This document shows, piece by piece, positions 61,023 through 64,000 of a stretch of DNA of 64,000 nucleotides. Origin of the DNA: Ascidiella aspersa. Taxonomy: Eukaryota. The DNA is taken from positions 34,162,001-34,226,000 of the forward strand of contig OZ004610.1 of NCBI GenBank assembly GCA_963924565.1, in the 5' to 3' direction. The translations under genes and the position numbers were made by a program. A model generated the notes under the pieces. That model saw only the letters and a list, made by a program, of their open reading frames with translations. It was not told where the DNA came from and ran no database searches. Within the stretch, counting starts at the first letter, position 1. The number at the start of each line of letters is the position of its first letter.

Positions 61023-63334
61023 AAAGAATTCAAATTGCCAGAGAAGCTGTTTTTGATTTATGTCAAATTAAGTTAAATTAAAACACTAACAATGGTAATT
61101 AGCTTAATTTAAAATTAAAAAGGCAATTATCTATTCTTAGTATGGTATTAATAGTTTTAACTAAAACAGACAACTTATAATAAAAAGAGAATCAACAAAC
61201 ATAGCAGAGCAATATAATGTCTTTTATTTTTGCAAATAGCCGTATTTGTCCAACTCTAAATAGGGTAATCAGGTGGCACTACATAAAGACAAATTGTGTT
61301 GGAATATTAACAAACTTTCGCACAACCGGTCATTGTAGAAGAAGCATAATCTTTAAGTTTCAGATTCGTAATTAACAGCAAAACCTTTGACCTTGACTAT
61401 TAACAAACTCTCTCTGGCATTAAACATGCTTCTAAAAGGTTCTTTACCTCGTATAACTAACAACTAACTAACGATTCGGCTTCACAATCAAGTTCAAGCC
61501 GCGACCAAGGTCTTTGTGTATCGCGAAGCGGCTTCCGTTCTTTCCTTGTGTTTCTCATTAAAATTTCAACGATTTTTTTTCGTTCTATTCTTCGAGCAAC
61601 CGACTTTAGCAGAACACAGCTCCGACGTGAAAGCGCATAGCGGAAAAAAAGCTATAAGAATCGACGCGACGCGAAAAAAACAAGGGCCTCATTAAAATTT
61701 CAATCCACAAAACGTTTACGGCGCACTCATGCGACCCCGCCGTCCTCTCATCCGCTCTTTTTGCTCCTTTTTAAGATAAACTATTTCTGAGATTGATTAA
61801 GGCGCTCTCTCCAAAGCAAAATTGCCTTCTTTGGAACGGAAAGCTTAACATACTACTACTTAAAACGGACTTGCAGTTGGAAGTATGGCGAAATGCGGAT
61901 TTAACTAAGCCCGGATTTATTAAATTGTTTCTTGTGCGATTTTTACAAAGGATTTTGTGTACGTAAGTTCATGTGTATTAGGAGCCATATTTAAACTGTA
62001 CAGAAACAGTTGCGGTAAGATTTCATTGCTTTATTCTAGAACAGACACTACGATAATATTCAATTAAGATTGCTCTTGAGCAAATTCCAAGACTGGTTCG
62101 CACTGCATTCCTTCATTTAAAACCGTTTTGCTAAACCCGTTTAATAACAGATGGAGCTTTATCTTAATCTGGATTTTTCCCTCTTGCTCAAACCATGTCC
62201 AGCTTTGGTATCACAAATATACAAGACATGATTTACATTTACATAAATTGAATTTCGAAAATAGAAAACAAGGTTTACATGAGAAAACTCCGCACAAATA
62301 CGGCGGTGTGCGGCGTGTGCAGTTTTTGGTTCAAAATGGCCAACATTTCAATCAATTAACGAACCACATAAAAATTCTACCAATAGCGCTAATTCGATAT
62401 TAAACCTCAAAGCCAAGAGTAAATCGTCATCATCTTGATAAGAAGTGCATTTTATTATCAAGCTACATTAAATATTTGTGCATACTGTTACTAAGTATAT
62501 CGCTAACTTAATATGAAAAACTCATCATATTTGGTCATAGGTAATAAACAATGTACACCACAAGCATCGTTACCCATAAACTCGAACACAAAACAACTTC
62601 CCACAACATTCCAAAGAAAATTATCATTTTATGCTTTCTTCACTTATTACAAAACTAAACCGACCGAAAAATTACAAACTAACCTCATATCTGGATGAGC
62701 GACCACATCTCGACGCATTAAGCGCGCGACACACTTACAATAAAATGACTCGACTGGCATTATGACGTAACACTCGACAACTGGCGAATTTCGGCAAAAT
62801 TAGGTCGCTCTGGTTTCGAGGGGGAGGGGGGGGGGGGAATTCGGGCAAGGAGAGAATTATACGTCACTAGGGAGGCGGCCTCTGTAAAAACGAAAGATCG
62901 TTAAACACTAAGGACATAAAATGAGCGTTCGAGTGGAAATTTTACCAATTTGGAAAAATAAAAGCGAGAAGGCAAAACAATGCTTAGGTGAAAAAATTTC
63001 CAAAATGCGCTCGTAAAGTATTTGTGACTTATCTTTAGCAGTCCGACTTGGTAAGGAACATTTGGACTACTTTTAAACTAATAACATTCTACGCCTTTCT
63101 ATAAACAAATTACACGGAAATTTATTATACATGCACCCGGAAACAATTTCTATTGAGTTTAGAAACAAAAAAAATACGTTTTTTGAGTGGAAAACCTAAA
63201 GCTTTTTTAAATATTAAAGATGATTTATCAAAATTGTTTTTTTGTAATTAATTTTTAAAGAAGTCGAACCCGAAAAATAGTTTTTCCTTAATATTGGTTC
63301 AATGAATAAACCAATGGGATCAGTTAAAAATGTT

Positions 63335-63589
63335 TCGACCGCGAATTTTTATTGTGTCGTCACTTAATGTGCTGAAATCTCGCGAGAAATCACAAACAAA
63401 TGACGTAAGAAATAGTTTAGTTCAAAATATAAGGCAAACAACAAATTGCCACATCTTTTGAAAAGTCCACCTCAAGGGAATAAAACTATTCCAGATCCGC
63501 GCGATTTCAGAACAAAACGTCATTTGTTTGTGATTTCTCGCGAGATTTCAGCACATTAAGTGACGACACAATAAAAATATCGCGGTCGA
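63335..63589. repeat. Near-perfect inverted repeat, 72/73-bp arms, 110-bp spacer
   Basis: 63335-63406 is the reverse complement of 63517-63589 except for one indel. Confidence 0.92.
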
Positions 63590-64000
63590 TTCATACCCAG
63601 TATGACGTCATAGACAAAACGGGTTCGCCCGGAGCTCGAGCGCTTTTCGAGCGAGAAGAAAAATCGTCGGCGAGCGCGCGGATTTAATTTTGATTAAAGG
63701 GGAAAAATGTTGGTTATCGATTCGAGGAAAATCGAACTGTTGGCCATTGCTTGTTCGCTTGCAATCTGCGCAACGCAAGGGTTCAAGGCTGCGAGTTTTT
63801 AGGGCAAAAAATCAATGCAGTTTTATTACTTTCGGCCAAGTCGGGGCGGGCGGTAAAGATTGGAGGGTCGCGCTTTTTTTTGTTCGATTATTGACCGCCT
63901 GCATGCGTCACGCTTCGATGCACACGCGCGGCAAGTTTAGGAACAATTTGACGCAAATAGGGTTTTGTGTCGGTGATTTAAAGTGGCTTTGTTTAATGTA

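Overview
AT-rich, intron-rich animal genomic DNA. Many short GT-AG introns and the repeat content suggest an invertebrate chordate such as a tunicate (inference). Three main components, all on the minus strand. (1) The 5' coding part of a serine palmitoyltransferase long-chain-base-2 subunit gene (SPTLC2/3-like), ATG at 781, running off the left edge. (2) An intact, apparently very young 4172-bp Ty3/Gypsy LTR retrotransposon (2934-7105) with identical 133-bp LTRs, a CTAAG target-site duplication and one 1257-aa gag-pol ORF. (3) A complete Castor/CASZ1 gene, which I assembled by hand as 41 phase-consistent coding exons (42070 to 12719; 5565 nt, 1854 aa, 11 Castor-type zinc fingers), preceded by about 22 kb of non-coding upstream DNA. 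The strongest discovery candidate is the retrotransposon: it has no tRNA primer-binding site. Instead, the 11-12 nt next to the 5' LTR are perfectly complementary to the predicted start of its own transcript, which is a Tf1-like self-priming fold, and its RT carries YLDN in place of YxDD. Other notable items are a minimal hammerhead-ribozyme motif inside an inverted repeat (about 60.9-61.1 kb), a 72-bp-arm inverted repeat carrying TCTCGCGAGA (63.3-63.6 kb), a duplicated in-frame splice acceptor inside the last CASZ1 finger, strong TGACGTCA enrichment, and several MITE/foldback-like families. All coordinates and counts were read by eye; no searches were run.
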